The notes beneath the pieces were generated by a model. That model made no database searches. It worked only from the letters and a program-made list of their open reading frames with translations, and had not been told where the DNA came from. A stretch of DNA of 51,148 bases, taken from NCBI GenBank assembly GCA_001785965.1, contig MFVF01000030.1, positions 1-51,148 on the forward strand, given 5' to 3'. A program made the position numbers and the translations under genes. This document shows positions 7,388 to 16,296 of this stretch, one piece after another (positions within the stretch are counted from its first letter, which is position 1; the number at the start of each line of letters is the position of its first letter). The DNA comes from Candidatus Nomurabacteria bacterium RIFCSPLOWO2_01_FULL_42_20 (GTDB taxonomy: Bacteria > Patescibacteriota > Minisyncoccia > Phycocordibacterales > CAZVEC01).

Positions 7388-9230
7388 AATCAGAAATATC
7401 GCCATCATTGCTCACGTTGACCATGGTAAGACGACCTTGACCGATGCCTTGCTCAAACAAAGCGGCATGGTGGAGGAAGGTTTTACTATGGACATAAACA
7501 AGCTCGAACAAGAGCGGGGTATTACTATTTACTCAAAAAACACTTCGCTTTTTTATCCCTCGATCCATTCGACTAGCGCTCAGGATGGTGAGCAGGGTCG
7601 AACCACAAGCTCTGAATCTTCGCAAGCTACGACTAAAATTAACATCGTTGATACGCCCGGCCACGCCGACTTCGGTTCGGAAGTCGAGCGCGTTCTGCGG
7701 GCCATAGATTCGGTTCTGCTTGTCGTTGACGCGGGGGAAGGCCCTATGCCGCAGACTCGTTTTGTTCTGAAAAAATCACTCGAGCTCGGGCTTAAACCAA
7801 TTGTTGTAATAAATAAAATAGATAAACCTGCCGCTAGGCCCGAAAAAGTCCACGAAGAAATTCTGGAGCTTTTTCTTGAACTCGGAGCAAATGAGGAACA
7901 GCTTGATTTCAAAACAATATACGCCATCGGTAGACAGGGTATTGCTAAAAGGAACTTAAGCGACCAATCAACTAATTTAAACCCTCTGCTTGATCTTATT
8001 TTAGAACAAGTGCCCTCCGCCTCAACTAAGACAGAAAATGATTTTGTGGCTCAAGTTTTTAACTTGGCTTACGACAATTTCTTGGGCCGGTTGGCGATCG
8101 TCCGCATATACGGCGGCAAGATAAAATCCGGCGAGCAGATTTTTGTTAAAAAAGCTATAACTAATGAAACGCGCAAAGCAAAGATAACAAAACTTTTCAC
8201 TTTCGAAGGGATGTCCAGAAAAGATGTGCCGGAAGTCTCGGCCGGAGATATTGTCATCATCGCCGGTATTCCGGATATCTACATTGGAGAAACTATTACT
8301 AGCAACGAGAATGAAATTGCCTTGCCCTCTATTGCGATTGACGAGCCGACCATCTCTCTTAATTTCTTGGTCAACGATTCTCCCTTTGCCGGTCAAGACG
8401 GAAAATTTGTAACTTCCAGGCAGATCAAAGAAAGATTGGAGAAAGAACTTGAAGTAAATGTGGGTTTGAAAGTAGACTTTTCCGCCTTCGGCGGAAAAGT
8501 CTCCGGCCGAGGCGAGCTTCATATTGCCGTCTTGCTTGAAAACATGCGCAGAGAAGGCTATGAGCTTCAGGTTTCCCAGCCGCAAGTGATCATCAAGGAA
8601 ACAGATGGCAAAAAATTCGAACCATATGAAGAAGTTATTATCGATGTGCCTGAAGAAACATCTGGCGCAGTCATAGAAAAAATTACAAAGCGCCGGGGCG
8701 TTATGCAAGAAATGAATAAAAAAGAGGGAATCATGCATCTGCGCTTTGAAATGCCGACCAGGGGGCTTTTGGGCTACAAGAGCCAGTTTATAATTGATAC
8801 TAAGGGCGAAGGGATACTTTCTTCGCGCGTCATCGGCTTCAAGCCGCATGCCGGCGAGATCAAGAAGAGGGAAGTCGGGTCAATGACTTCAATGGAGAAA
8901 GGAACGGCGGTCGCCTTCGCTTTGGATAATCTCCAGAATCGAGGTATTATTTATATTGAACCGGGCACGGAAGTTTATGAGGGCATGGTCATCGGCAATG
9001 TACTCAAAGGCGACGAGATGGCGGTCAATCCGACAAAAGGTAAACAGCTCACTAATGTCCGCGCTTCCGGCACTGATGAAGCGATATTTCTAAAACCGGC
9101 CTATCTGCTCACAATCGAACGCGGCCTTGAAATCATGGCGGGAGACGAATATCTTGAAGTTACGCCGAAGAATGTGCGCTTGCGCAAAAAATTCCTGACC
9201 GAGCGCGACCGCGCCAAGGCCGTTCGATAA
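7383..9230 (+). CDS. typA: Translational GTPase TypA/BipA, with an in-frame palindromic insertion near 7557-7612
   Basis: AHVDHGKTT, ERGITI, DTPGHADF, NKID, GRGELH, C-terminal EVTPKNVRLRK. Confidence 0.95.
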   Translation: MEIRNIAIIAHVDHGKTTLTDALLKQSGMVEEGFTMDINKLEQERGITIYSKNTSLFYPSIHSTSAQDGEQGRTTSSESSQATTKINIVDTPGHADFGSEVERVLRAIDSVLLVVDAGEGPMPQTRFVLKKSLELGLKPIVVINKIDKPAARPEKVHEEILELFLELGANEEQLDFKTIYAIGRQGIAKRNLSDQSTNLNPLLDLILEQVPSASTKTENDFVAQVFNLAYDNFLGRLAIVRIYGGKIKSGEQIFVKKAITNETRKAKITKLFTFEGMSRKDVPEVSAGDIVIIAGIPDIYIGETITSNENEIALPSIAIDEPTISLNFLVNDSPFAGQDGKFVTSRQIKERLEKELEVNVGLKVDFSAFGGKVSGRGELHIAVLLENMRREGYELQVSQPQVIIKETDGKKFEPYEEVIIDVPEETSGAVIEKITKRRGVMQEMNKKEGIMHLRFEMPTRGLLGYKSQFIIDTKGEGILSSRVIGFKPHAGEIKKREVGSMTSMEKGTAVAFALDNLQNRGIIYIEPGTEVYEGMVIGNVLKGDEMAVNPTKGKQLTNVRASGTDEAIFLKPAYLLTIERGLEIMAGDEYLEVTPKNVRLRKKFLTERDRAKAVR

Positions 9231-9294
9231 GGATTAGTTTAAATAATTATGAAAAATGCCTTGAAGCACGAGGAAAAATGATGAAATAAATCTT

Positions 9295-9795
9295 ATGGCG
9301 GAATACGAAGCTACAACAAAAGATAACAAATGTGTTTTCTGCGAAATAGTTGCGGGGAATATTAAAACGCCCGGATTGTTTTGGGAGAATGAAGAATTTA
9401 TGGCTTGGCTTGCCATTGACCCTAATACAAAAGGGTTTACGTGCGTCATTCCAAAGCAACATTTTGGAAGCGATGTTTTGAAAATGCCAGATGATGTTTT
9501 ACAAAGATTTATAATCGCTTCCAAAAAAGTTGCTGGCATACTTGAAAACTATTTTGACGATGTTGGGCGAGTTGGACTGATGATGGAGGGAACAGGAATT
9601 GACCACGCACACATTAAACTTGTTCCGCTCCACGGAACAGAAAACCTAAAGAAAGGTGTTTGGAAGCAAGTTTTGAGTAGTAAAGAATTTTGGTTTGATA
9701 AATACGAGGGTTGGATTTCTTCTGGAAGCGGACCAATGGCTGACCCTGAAGAATTGAAAAAACTTGCTTCCGAACTTATTAATAGCCAGAAATAG
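9295..9795 (+). CDS. HIT family protein
   Basis: CVFCEIV, HAHIK degenerate histidine triad. Confidence 0.85.
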   Translation: MAEYEATTKDNKCVFCEIVAGNIKTPGLFWENEEFMAWLAIDPNTKGFTCVIPKQHFGSDVLKMPDDVLQRFIIASKKVAGILENYFDDVGRVGLMMEGTGIDHAHIKLVPLHGTENLKKGVWKQVLSSKEFWFDKYEGWISSGSGPMADPEELKKLASELINSQK

Positions 9796-9799
9796 AATT

Positions 9800-10435
9800 A
9801 TGAAAATCACAAAATTTGGACATTGTTGCTTGTTGATTGAAGAAAACGGAGTCAGAATTTTGACTGACCCTGGAACTTACTCAATGCAACAGAGCGAAGT
9901 AAAAAATATTGATTTTGTGCTAATCACGCACGAACACGCTGACCATCTTCATATTGAATCACTCCAAGCGCTTTTGAAAAATAATCCCCAAGCAAAAGTT
10001 ATCACTAACAAAAGTGTTGGTGCGCTTTTGGAAAAAGAAAATATTGCTTTCAGCATAGTAGAAGACGGTCAAAATTATGACGCAAATGGAGTTTTGATTG
10101 AGGGATTTGGAAAGGATCATGCCCTCATGCACACTTCCATTCCGCCAATCCAAAATACCGGCTATTTTATCGCTAACAAACTCTTTTACCCCGGTGATGC
10201 TTTCACTAATCCAGGAAAACAAGTTGAGGTTTTGGCTCTGCCTGTTGCGGGACCCTGGATGAGATTGCTAGAGGCGATTGATTATGCGCTTGAAATCAAA
10301 CCGAAAACTTGTTTTCCTGTCCATGAGGGCATTTTGAAACAGCCCGGCTCTACGCACGTTATACCGCCTAAAGTGCTAGAGCCGAATGGGATAAAATTCG
10401 TGGTTCTAGAAATTGATAAGGAACACGAATTTTAA
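9800..10435 (+). CDS. MBL-fold metallo-hydrolase
   Basis: THEHADH, PGD, PVHEG. Confidence 0.9.
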   Translation: MKITKFGHCCLLIEENGVRILTDPGTYSMQQSEVKNIDFVLITHEHADHLHIESLQALLKNNPQAKVITNKSVGALLEKENIAFSIVEDGQNYDANGVLIEGFGKDHALMHTSIPPIQNTGYFIANKLFYPGDAFTNPGKQVEVLALPVAGPWMRLLEAIDYALEIKPKTCFPVHEGILKQPGSTHVIPPKVLEPNGIKFVVLEIDKEHEF

Positions 10436-10474
10436 GCGGTAAAAAAATTTTGGGCCTCCCGTGAGAACTTAAAT

Positions 10475-10506
10475 AAAAAAAACCGTTCCGACCTAGGTCG
10501 GAACGG
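10475..10506 (-). terminator. Terminator-like perfect palindrome CCGTTCCGACCTAGGTCGGAACGG
   Basis: 24-bp palindrome with A-tract on + strand, just downstream of the minus-strand ORF. Confidence 0.6.
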
Positions 10507-10508
10507 GG

Positions 10509-11426
10509 TTAAAATAATTCTATTTGATTTGTTTTCTTTTTCTTCTTTGGCCATGGAAAAGAGCTCATGTAGGGAGCTTTGTCAAAATCGTGATTAAGGC
10601 AGATGAAGTAAACTTGACCGCCGCGAATATATTTGCTCTTAGCGGCAATATTGCTTCGGGCAATTCGCCATACCTTTCTTTTGGGCATGGAAAAATGGAT
10701 TACCATGTCGGCTTTAGTTTCTTTGTCTTCTTCATCTTCCTTTATCACCTTGCTGACAAAAACAATGTCCAACTCTCTGCTTTCCAATTTTCTGAAAATT
10801 TCTGCGTACTCTTCCCGTTCTTTTTTGTTTTTAGGCCGGCCAATCACCGCTTCTGTTTTCAATTTATGGACGTTATTGAAATAACACTTGAAGCTCTCTG
10901 CGGTGCTTTTCTGGTTTACAAATACCACCGTGGCAAAATCTTTCCACATTGGGTACATGGGATCAACAGTTAAAAACAGAAGATCGCGAACCTTGGGATG
11001 GGGGGAGGTATCACAATTAACCAAGTCGCGTATTTTTCTGAACCGTTCATCTTTAAAAAGTTTTTTGGCAGACGATTTTCCTTTCTCTTTTTCCATATCT
11101 ACATAATCAATAAATGCCTCATAACCTTCCACCAAACATAATTCATAAGAGCGATAGATTTTCATGTAGTAGCCATAGTCAAGACCAAATCCATAAGAAC
11201 CGTTATCGAATGAACATTGATTCGCGATGAAGCCAATTTCTTTTTGGGAAAACAAATCTGATTTTGGCGGCTGGCGAAAAAAACCTTTAAGGGGAGTAGC
11301 AGCTTCTTTGATGAGATCTTGAAAGAGTTCATCAATTGTCTTCAAAGTGGGATTAAGCGAAACTATCCGACAATGCTCTCTTTCCCGATCATTTTGGGAC
11401 GAAATGACAGAATTAGGATTAATCAT
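10509..11426 (-). CDS. Hypothetical protein resembling a degenerate Hef/FANCM-type helicase C-terminal half
   Basis: HPKVRDL, VVFVNQKSTAE, ELDIVFVSKV, DMVIHF; motif VI QRxGR absent. Confidence 0.5.
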   Translation of the reverse strand: MINPNSVISSQNDREREHCRIVSLNPTLKTIDELFQDLIKEAATPLKGFFRQPPKSDLFSQKEIGFIANQCSFDNGSYGFGLDYGYYMKIYRSYELCLVEGYEAFIDYVDMEKEKGKSSAKKLFKDERFRKIRDLVNCDTSPHPKVRDLLFLTVDPMYPMWKDFATVVFVNQKSTAESFKCYFNNVHKLKTEAVIGRPKNKKEREEYAEIFRKLESRELDIVFVSKVIKEDEEDKETKADMVIHFSMPKRKVWRIARSNIAAKSKYIRGGQVYFICLNHDFDKAPYMSSFPWPKKKKKTNQIELF

Positions 11427-11506
11427 AATATTTTGTTTTTTAAAGAAGTTAAGAACTTTACTTTAAACCATTTTTTGCTAAAAGTCAAAACCATCGTTCG
11501 GGGGCC

Positions 11507-11623
11507 TTTAAAAAAGGGAAAAATTCTTTTTTGGGGGTGTCTCGCAGGCCGACGGGCCGAGAGGCAGCGCTCTGCCAGCAGGCAGAGACAGCGACCCCCA
11601 AAAAGAGTTTTTCTCTTTTTTAA
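11507..11623. repeat. ~115-nt long hairpin with GC-rich branched apex
   Basis: TTAAAAAAGGGAAAAATTCTTTTTTGGGGG pairs with CCCCCAAAAAGAGTTTTTCTCTTTTTTAA. Confidence 0.7.
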
Positions 11624-11741
11624 CAGAAAAATTTCAAACTACTAATAAAATGATATATGGATTACCATATATCAACTGCGTTCGGATGTTGTGTAAGTGA
11701 TTACACTTCCACACATCCTCACTTGTTGATATAATAACAAA

Positions 11742-12086
11742 ATGGGTATTTTGGATTTATTTTTTATAAAAAGGAAGGTTAAGGAGGGAATTCAAAATCC
11801 GGGCGGATTTGTTGTTGAACAAGCCACCGATTTCATCAAAGGATATTTAATTGTCGGCACTGTCATTTCCGCAGTTTTCCTGATACTTATCGGATTATTC
11901 GCCTTCAGCCCTTGGCTCGGCGGGCCGTTTCAAGCAGCCAAATTTATTTTTTGGATATTATTGATCATAGTTATCTCAAGCGAGTTTGTTTTCATTTCTC
12001 TTTTTTTGAGAATCAAAAGAAGTTTTAGAAAGCAAGCAGACAAGGCAGCCTTAAAGATAAAGGCTAAGATTGTAAATAAAAAATAA
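11742..12086 (+). CDS. Hypothetical membrane protein (2 TM)
   Basis: ORF with two hydrophobic segments, TATAAT upstream. Confidence 0.7.
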   Translation: MGILDLFFIKRKVKEGIQNPGGFVVEQATDFIKGYLIVGTVISAVFLILIGLFAFSPWLGGPFQAAKFIFWILLIIVISSEFVFISLFLRIKRSFRKQADKAALKIKAKIVNKK

Positions 12087-12092
12087 TATAAT

Positions 12093-12163
12093 CGGGCCAT
12101 CGGATAGTGGTAGTCTACACGCATGGGGTGTGTGCGGCGGCAGTTCGATTCTGCCTGGCCCGA
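12093..12163 (+). tRNA. tRNA-Pro(GGG)
   Basis: CGGGCCA/TGGCCCG acceptor, anticodon arm CACGC ATGGGGT GTGTG, T-arm GGCAG TTCGATT CTGCC; no CCA. Confidence 0.92.
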
Positions 12164-12214
12164 AAACTTGAACTGCTTCAAGTTTTCGCCGGTTCTAAAA
12201 AATAATATAATTTT

Positions 12215-12763
12215 ATGAAAAAAGTTTTAACAATTTTGATTTTATTATTAGCGATAATTGTCATTGCTTTATTTATAATTTCCAAAAAACCGGAAGTTAT
12301 GAAAGAAAGCAGTGTCTTAAGCAATATGAAAATAGAAAGTACGGCATTTCAAAATAATCAATCCATTCCGTCGCTCTACACTTGCGACGGGGCAAACATT
12401 AATCCGCCTTTAACTTTTAGCGATATTCCGGCGGGAGCAAAAAGTCTTGCCTTAATCATGGACGACCCCGACGCGCCGATGGGCACTTGGGATCACTGGA
12501 TTATTTTTAATATTCCACCTGAAACCAAAGAAATAAAAGAGGGGCTTGTGCCAGAGGGCGTTTTAGGTGTAACTTCTTTCCGAAAAACCGGCTATGGCGG
12601 ACCTTGCCCGCCGGACAGGGAACATAGATATTTCTTCAAGCTCTACGCTCTTGATACAATACTTAATCTTCCCGAAGGCTCTTCGAAAAAAGAAGTCGAA
12701 GTCGCCATGTCCGGCCATATTATTGCTCAGGCAGAATTGGTGGGGAAATATAATAGGAAATAA
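12215..12763 (+). CDS. YbhB/YbcL (PEBP) family protein with N-terminal anchor
   Basis: YTCDG, DDPDAP, WDHW, YGGPCPP, HRYFF. Confidence 0.92.
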   Translation: MKKVLTILILLLAIIVIALFIISKKPEVMKESSVLSNMKIESTAFQNNQSIPSLYTCDGANINPPLTFSDIPAGAKSLALIMDDPDAPMGTWDHWIIFNIPPETKEIKEGLVPEGVLGVTSFRKTGYGGPCPPDREHRYFFKLYALDTILNLPEGSSKKEVEVAMSGHIIAQAELVGKYNRK

Positions 12764-12780
12764 AGAAATAAAAATAGCCG

Positions 12781-13725
12781 CTATAAAGCGGCTAAATTTT
12801 CTTTGAGTAGCTGTTCCAATTTTAATGATTCCGATAAAATTTTCCCTGCTTCATGCATCTTAGCGCGATAAGATGGATCTTTTTCCATTAGGTTTCTGCA
12901 TCTCTTGATACCATGGAGAACCGTAGCATGAGTTCTTTTGCCAACCAGTTCACCTATTTTAGAAAGTAGGAAAAAATTTTTATCATAAGAACGGCAGAAA
13001 AAATAAAACGCAAATCTCGCTCCCACAATCGCTCCTTCTCGGCTTCTGCTTTTTATTATCTTTTTTGAAATTAAAAATACCCGATCAAAAAATGCCCGAT
13101 CAATTGACAGATAAAGTACTTCAACAAAGATATCCTGATGGACAGAAAATTTTTCTTTGTTTAAATTGTCCAAATTAATCTTGATCTCAGAATAACTTGG
13201 TACAATTTTTTTAGGAGCAATTTTTTCAGCAACACTCTTAATTGAATCAGTCACAGCTTGAGTTGAAACTGGCCACCTTCCATCAATTATTATTTTTGCT
13301 TTTGAATACAAAGAAGAGTACTTGTTGTCAAATCGGCCTTGATAGTTTCTGTGTCGTCTGAATAAATAACCTGCGTAAAAGAGAGGCGAGCGCCGACTTT
13401 TATCAATAAAAAATCTGTCAAGCGAGTGATGGTAGACAAATCGTGGATGTCTGTCCAAAATCAGAGCAATAAGCATTATTCGGCCATATGATAAATTATG
13501 ATTCCAAGTATTTTCTTTGTTGAGAAAAGTCGGTAAATCAAAATTTATAAGTTCTGAAATTACTTGAGCGGCCTGATTTGCTGTCTCGCATACCGTTCCG
13601 AACAATTTTTCGTCCTTAACAATGAATTTTTTTGAAGCCAAGTCAAAGAATGATGTTTCGGATTCATTTTGGTTTTGATGCTGATATTTAGTTTTCATAA
13701 GTGCTATGGATTTAAGAATTTTCAA
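12781..13725 (-). CDS. Hypothetical protein with C-terminal DnaA domain IV-like HTH
   Basis: SRSR..AR..YF..SKIG..GKRTHATVLHG resembles DnaA RDHTTVLHA; no Walker A. Confidence 0.6.
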   Translation of the reverse strand: MKILKSIALMKTKYQHQNQNESETSFFDLASKKFIVKDEKLFGTVCETANQAAQVISELINFDLPTFLNKENTWNHNLSYGRIMLIALILDRHPRFVYHHSLDRFFIDKSRRSPLFYAGYLFRRHRNYQGRFDNKYSSLYSKAKIIIDGRWPVSTQAVTDSIKSVAEKIAPKKIVPSYSEIKINLDNLNKEKFSVHQDIFVEVLYLSIDRAFFDRVFLISKKIIKSRSREGAIVGARFAFYFFCRSYDKNFFLLSKIGELVGKRTHATVLHGIKRCRNLMEKDPSYRAKMHEAGKILSESLKLEQLLKENLAAL

Positions 13726-13790
13726 TTCTTAAACTAACATAAAATAAAGAAATTGTCTAACTTATTTTTTTATTTTCCACCTCAACCCTA

Positions 13791-14139
13791 ATTCGTACGA
13801 ATAGGTAAATAGGGAAGATAGTGATATGATATTCGTATGAAAGAGCATGAAAAAATATTAAAAGCTCTGGCTAATCGCAGACGATTGCAGATTTTAAAGT
13901 ATCTTAAGGATAAAAAATTGGCGACAGTCACGCTTCTTGCGGAGCATATAAAGCTGTCTTTCAAATCTACATCAAAACATCTTGCCATATTGTTCGGAGC
14001 GGGGATTGTGGACAAAGAACAGAAGAGTCTTTCCATGTTTTATTCTCTGGCCAATCCTTTGCCAAAACTTGCAAAACAAGTGATTGATCTTATTTAATTT
14101 AAAAAACTTTATTTATTCTATTTACCTATTCGTACGAAT
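13791..14139. repeat. Perfect 22-bp inverted repeats flanking the ArsR gene
   Basis: 13791-13812 ATTCGTACGAATAGGTAAATAG is the exact reverse complement of 14118-14139. Confidence 0.9.
13837..14097 (+). CDS. ArsR/SmtB family transcriptional regulator
   Basis: LKALANRRRLQIL, STSKHLAIL..AGIV. Confidence 0.88.
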   Translation: MKEHEKILKALANRRRLQILKYLKDKKLATVTLLAEHIKLSFKSTSKHLAILFGAGIVDKEQKSLSMFYSLANPLPKLAKQVIDLI

Positions 14140-14244
14140 AAGCCAATAACAATAAAATGCACAATCATGCAGTTTTTTGGTTTGCGCTAAAATAGGAAAT
14201 AAAAAATTTAAGCCGATCCTCAAAAATTATGCTAAAATTGAATC

Positions 14245-14973
14245 ATGTCTAAATTTTATGTAGTGGCGACGCCGATAGGGAACTTGGAGGATATTACTTT
14301 AAGAGCATTGAGGGTGCTTAAAGAGGTTGATTTGATTTTATGCGAAGACACAAGAGTGACAAAAAAATTACTTGACCATTACGCCATCAAAAAGCCGCTT
14401 CTAAGCTATCACGAACATAGCAAGCTCGCCAAAATTGATTCTATTTTGAAAGAACTAAAAACCGGCAAAAATATCGCCTTGGTTTCAGACGCCGGCACGC
14501 CAGCCATTTCTGATCCGGGTTCTTTTTTAATTTCCAAGATTAAGGCTAAATTCAGCAAAACTGAATCGCCCGACCTTTCGACAGAAAGGTTTAGGGAGAA
14601 ATTTGGCGACGATGTTCAAATTATTCCTATCCCGGGGCCAAGCGCCTTGATTACAGCTCTGTCAGCAAGCGGCATTCCGTCATCTGAATTTACCTTCTTG
14701 GGCTTCCTGCCGCACAAGAAGGGCCGGGAAACGCTTTTTAAAGAAATTGCCGAGGCTAAGCGCACGATGGTCTTCTACGAATCCCCGCATAGGATTTTAA
14801 AAACTCTGGAATCCCTCCAAAAATTCGCTCCGAATAAGAAAGTCTGCATCGCCCGCGAGCTCACCAAAATTTATGAAGAATTCAAGACCGGCACACCTTT
14901 GGAGCTTCTTGCTTATTTTTCTTTGAATCCCGATAAAGTCAGAGGAGAATTTACTGTGCTTGTAAGCTCATAA
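14245..14973 (+). CDS. rsmI: 16S rRNA C1402 2'-O-methyltransferase
   Basis: VATPIGNLEDIT, CEDTR, SDAGTPAISDPG, YESPHR, RELTK; ~17-aa extra segment near 14542-14592. Confidence 0.95.
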   Translation: MSKFYVVATPIGNLEDITLRALRVLKEVDLILCEDTRVTKKLLDHYAIKKPLLSYHEHSKLAKIDSILKELKTGKNIALVSDAGTPAISDPGSFLISKIKAKFSKTESPDLSTERFREKFGDDVQIIPIPGPSALITALSASGIPSSEFTFLGFLPHKKGRETLFKEIAEAKRTMVFYESPHRILKTLESLQKFAPNKKVCIARELTKIYEEFKTGTPLELLAYFSLNPDKVRGEFTVLVSS

Positions 14974-15993
14974 AATAAAAAAACTGTTCCCAAAAGATTT
15001 AATGCTTTACTTTTCGGCATATGCTGAAAAACGAAACAGAGACTAAAAACCATGACTTGCCGTGGGCTCAAAAATTTATTATCTCATTATCCAAGCGATC
15101 GCTGAGTTAACGAGACACTTCTTTGGGCTTGCCTGAAGCCCTTTGATTGTTGAACTGGGTTAATAATTACTTGTGTTTTTTTGTCTTTTTGATATATTTA
15201 ATATAAAATGAACATTAACAATTTAGTACATATACATACATAAAACTATGGCCAAAAAACAATCCAGATCATATGGAGATCAAAAAAAGACCACCAACAA
15301 ATGGACCCAAAGGGAGCGTGATCAATTTTTTTTCAAAGCATGTCTTGCTAATGTCTTACGAGATGAACACCTCGCTGATGATTAGAGAGAAATTATTAAA
15401 AAAAGATTGAGCTCAAAATGATAAGGGGGACAAAATCTGTCCTCCTTTTTTCTTTAAGCTCTGCCACTGTAGCAAGAACCATTCTTGCTATACCAAAATT
15501 TAAGCCGATCCTCTTTTGGAGAGATCGGCTTGGGTTTAATACTTTTTTATTTATATTGTGATCCGAACAAAAGTTCGGAAAGAACAGTCGAGGGCTTGCG
15601 GTATAACGATGAGTATTACTGACCGCAAGCCGGCAAAAATACATTTCTACAGCATGCATTGCTCTGCTCAAGCCATCGTCTCACCTACAATGACTAGGGA
15701 GTTTTATTCAAGGCCTTGGTTTTTGTAGCTTTCTAGCTACAAAAGTAGTTTTTATCTTGCCAAAGCAAACTCAAGTGCAAGTGTAGCATACCAGTAATTT
15801 TTGTCAAGTCTTTGTATGGTGGGTTCAACTTGCAAAAAGGCGAATTTGTGATTATTGTCGCGCCGTAGCTGTAGCAAGAACCGTTCTTGCTACACTTGCT
15901 ACACTGAATTCTTTAATAAAAATAAGGAGAAAGTGCGGGGTGAGTTTGTGGTGATAGCTAGCGCCTAGCATCTAGCTCCAACCCCCTCCTTTC

Positions 15994-16018
15994 TCCTCCC
16001 CCTTAATAAGGGGGAGGA
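15994..16018. repeat. GC-rich palindrome TCCTCCCCCTTA-A-TAAGGGGGAGGA
   Basis: Perfect 12-bp arms, flanked by TAGC-type short repeats. Confidence 0.8.
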
Positions 16019-16068
16019 TGGTGGGGGTGTTAGTTGCATTAGCTGGTAGCTGGTGTAAAATATGAGTC

Positions 16069-16296
16069 ATGTTGAAAGAACGAACAATTTTTATTGCGGG
16101 CATTATTTTGGCCTTTTTGCCATTTTCCGGCTTTCCAATTTTATGGAAAAAAATCCTGATCGCCCTAATCGGGCTGTTTTTAAGCTACATCGCTTATTTG
16201 CAATATAAGGAAAAAAACCTGCTCTCGACCGGCCCTAAAAAGACTGAAACTTATACCGAAAACGAAAGCAATATAAATTCTAAACCGCAACAATGA
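16069..16296 (+). CDS. Small hypothetical membrane protein
   Basis: Two TM segments; overlaps next start (ATGA). Confidence 0.7.
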   Translation: MLKERTIFIAGIILAFLPFSGFPILWKKILIALIGLFLSYIAYLQYKEKNLLSTGPKKTETYTENESNINSKPQQ

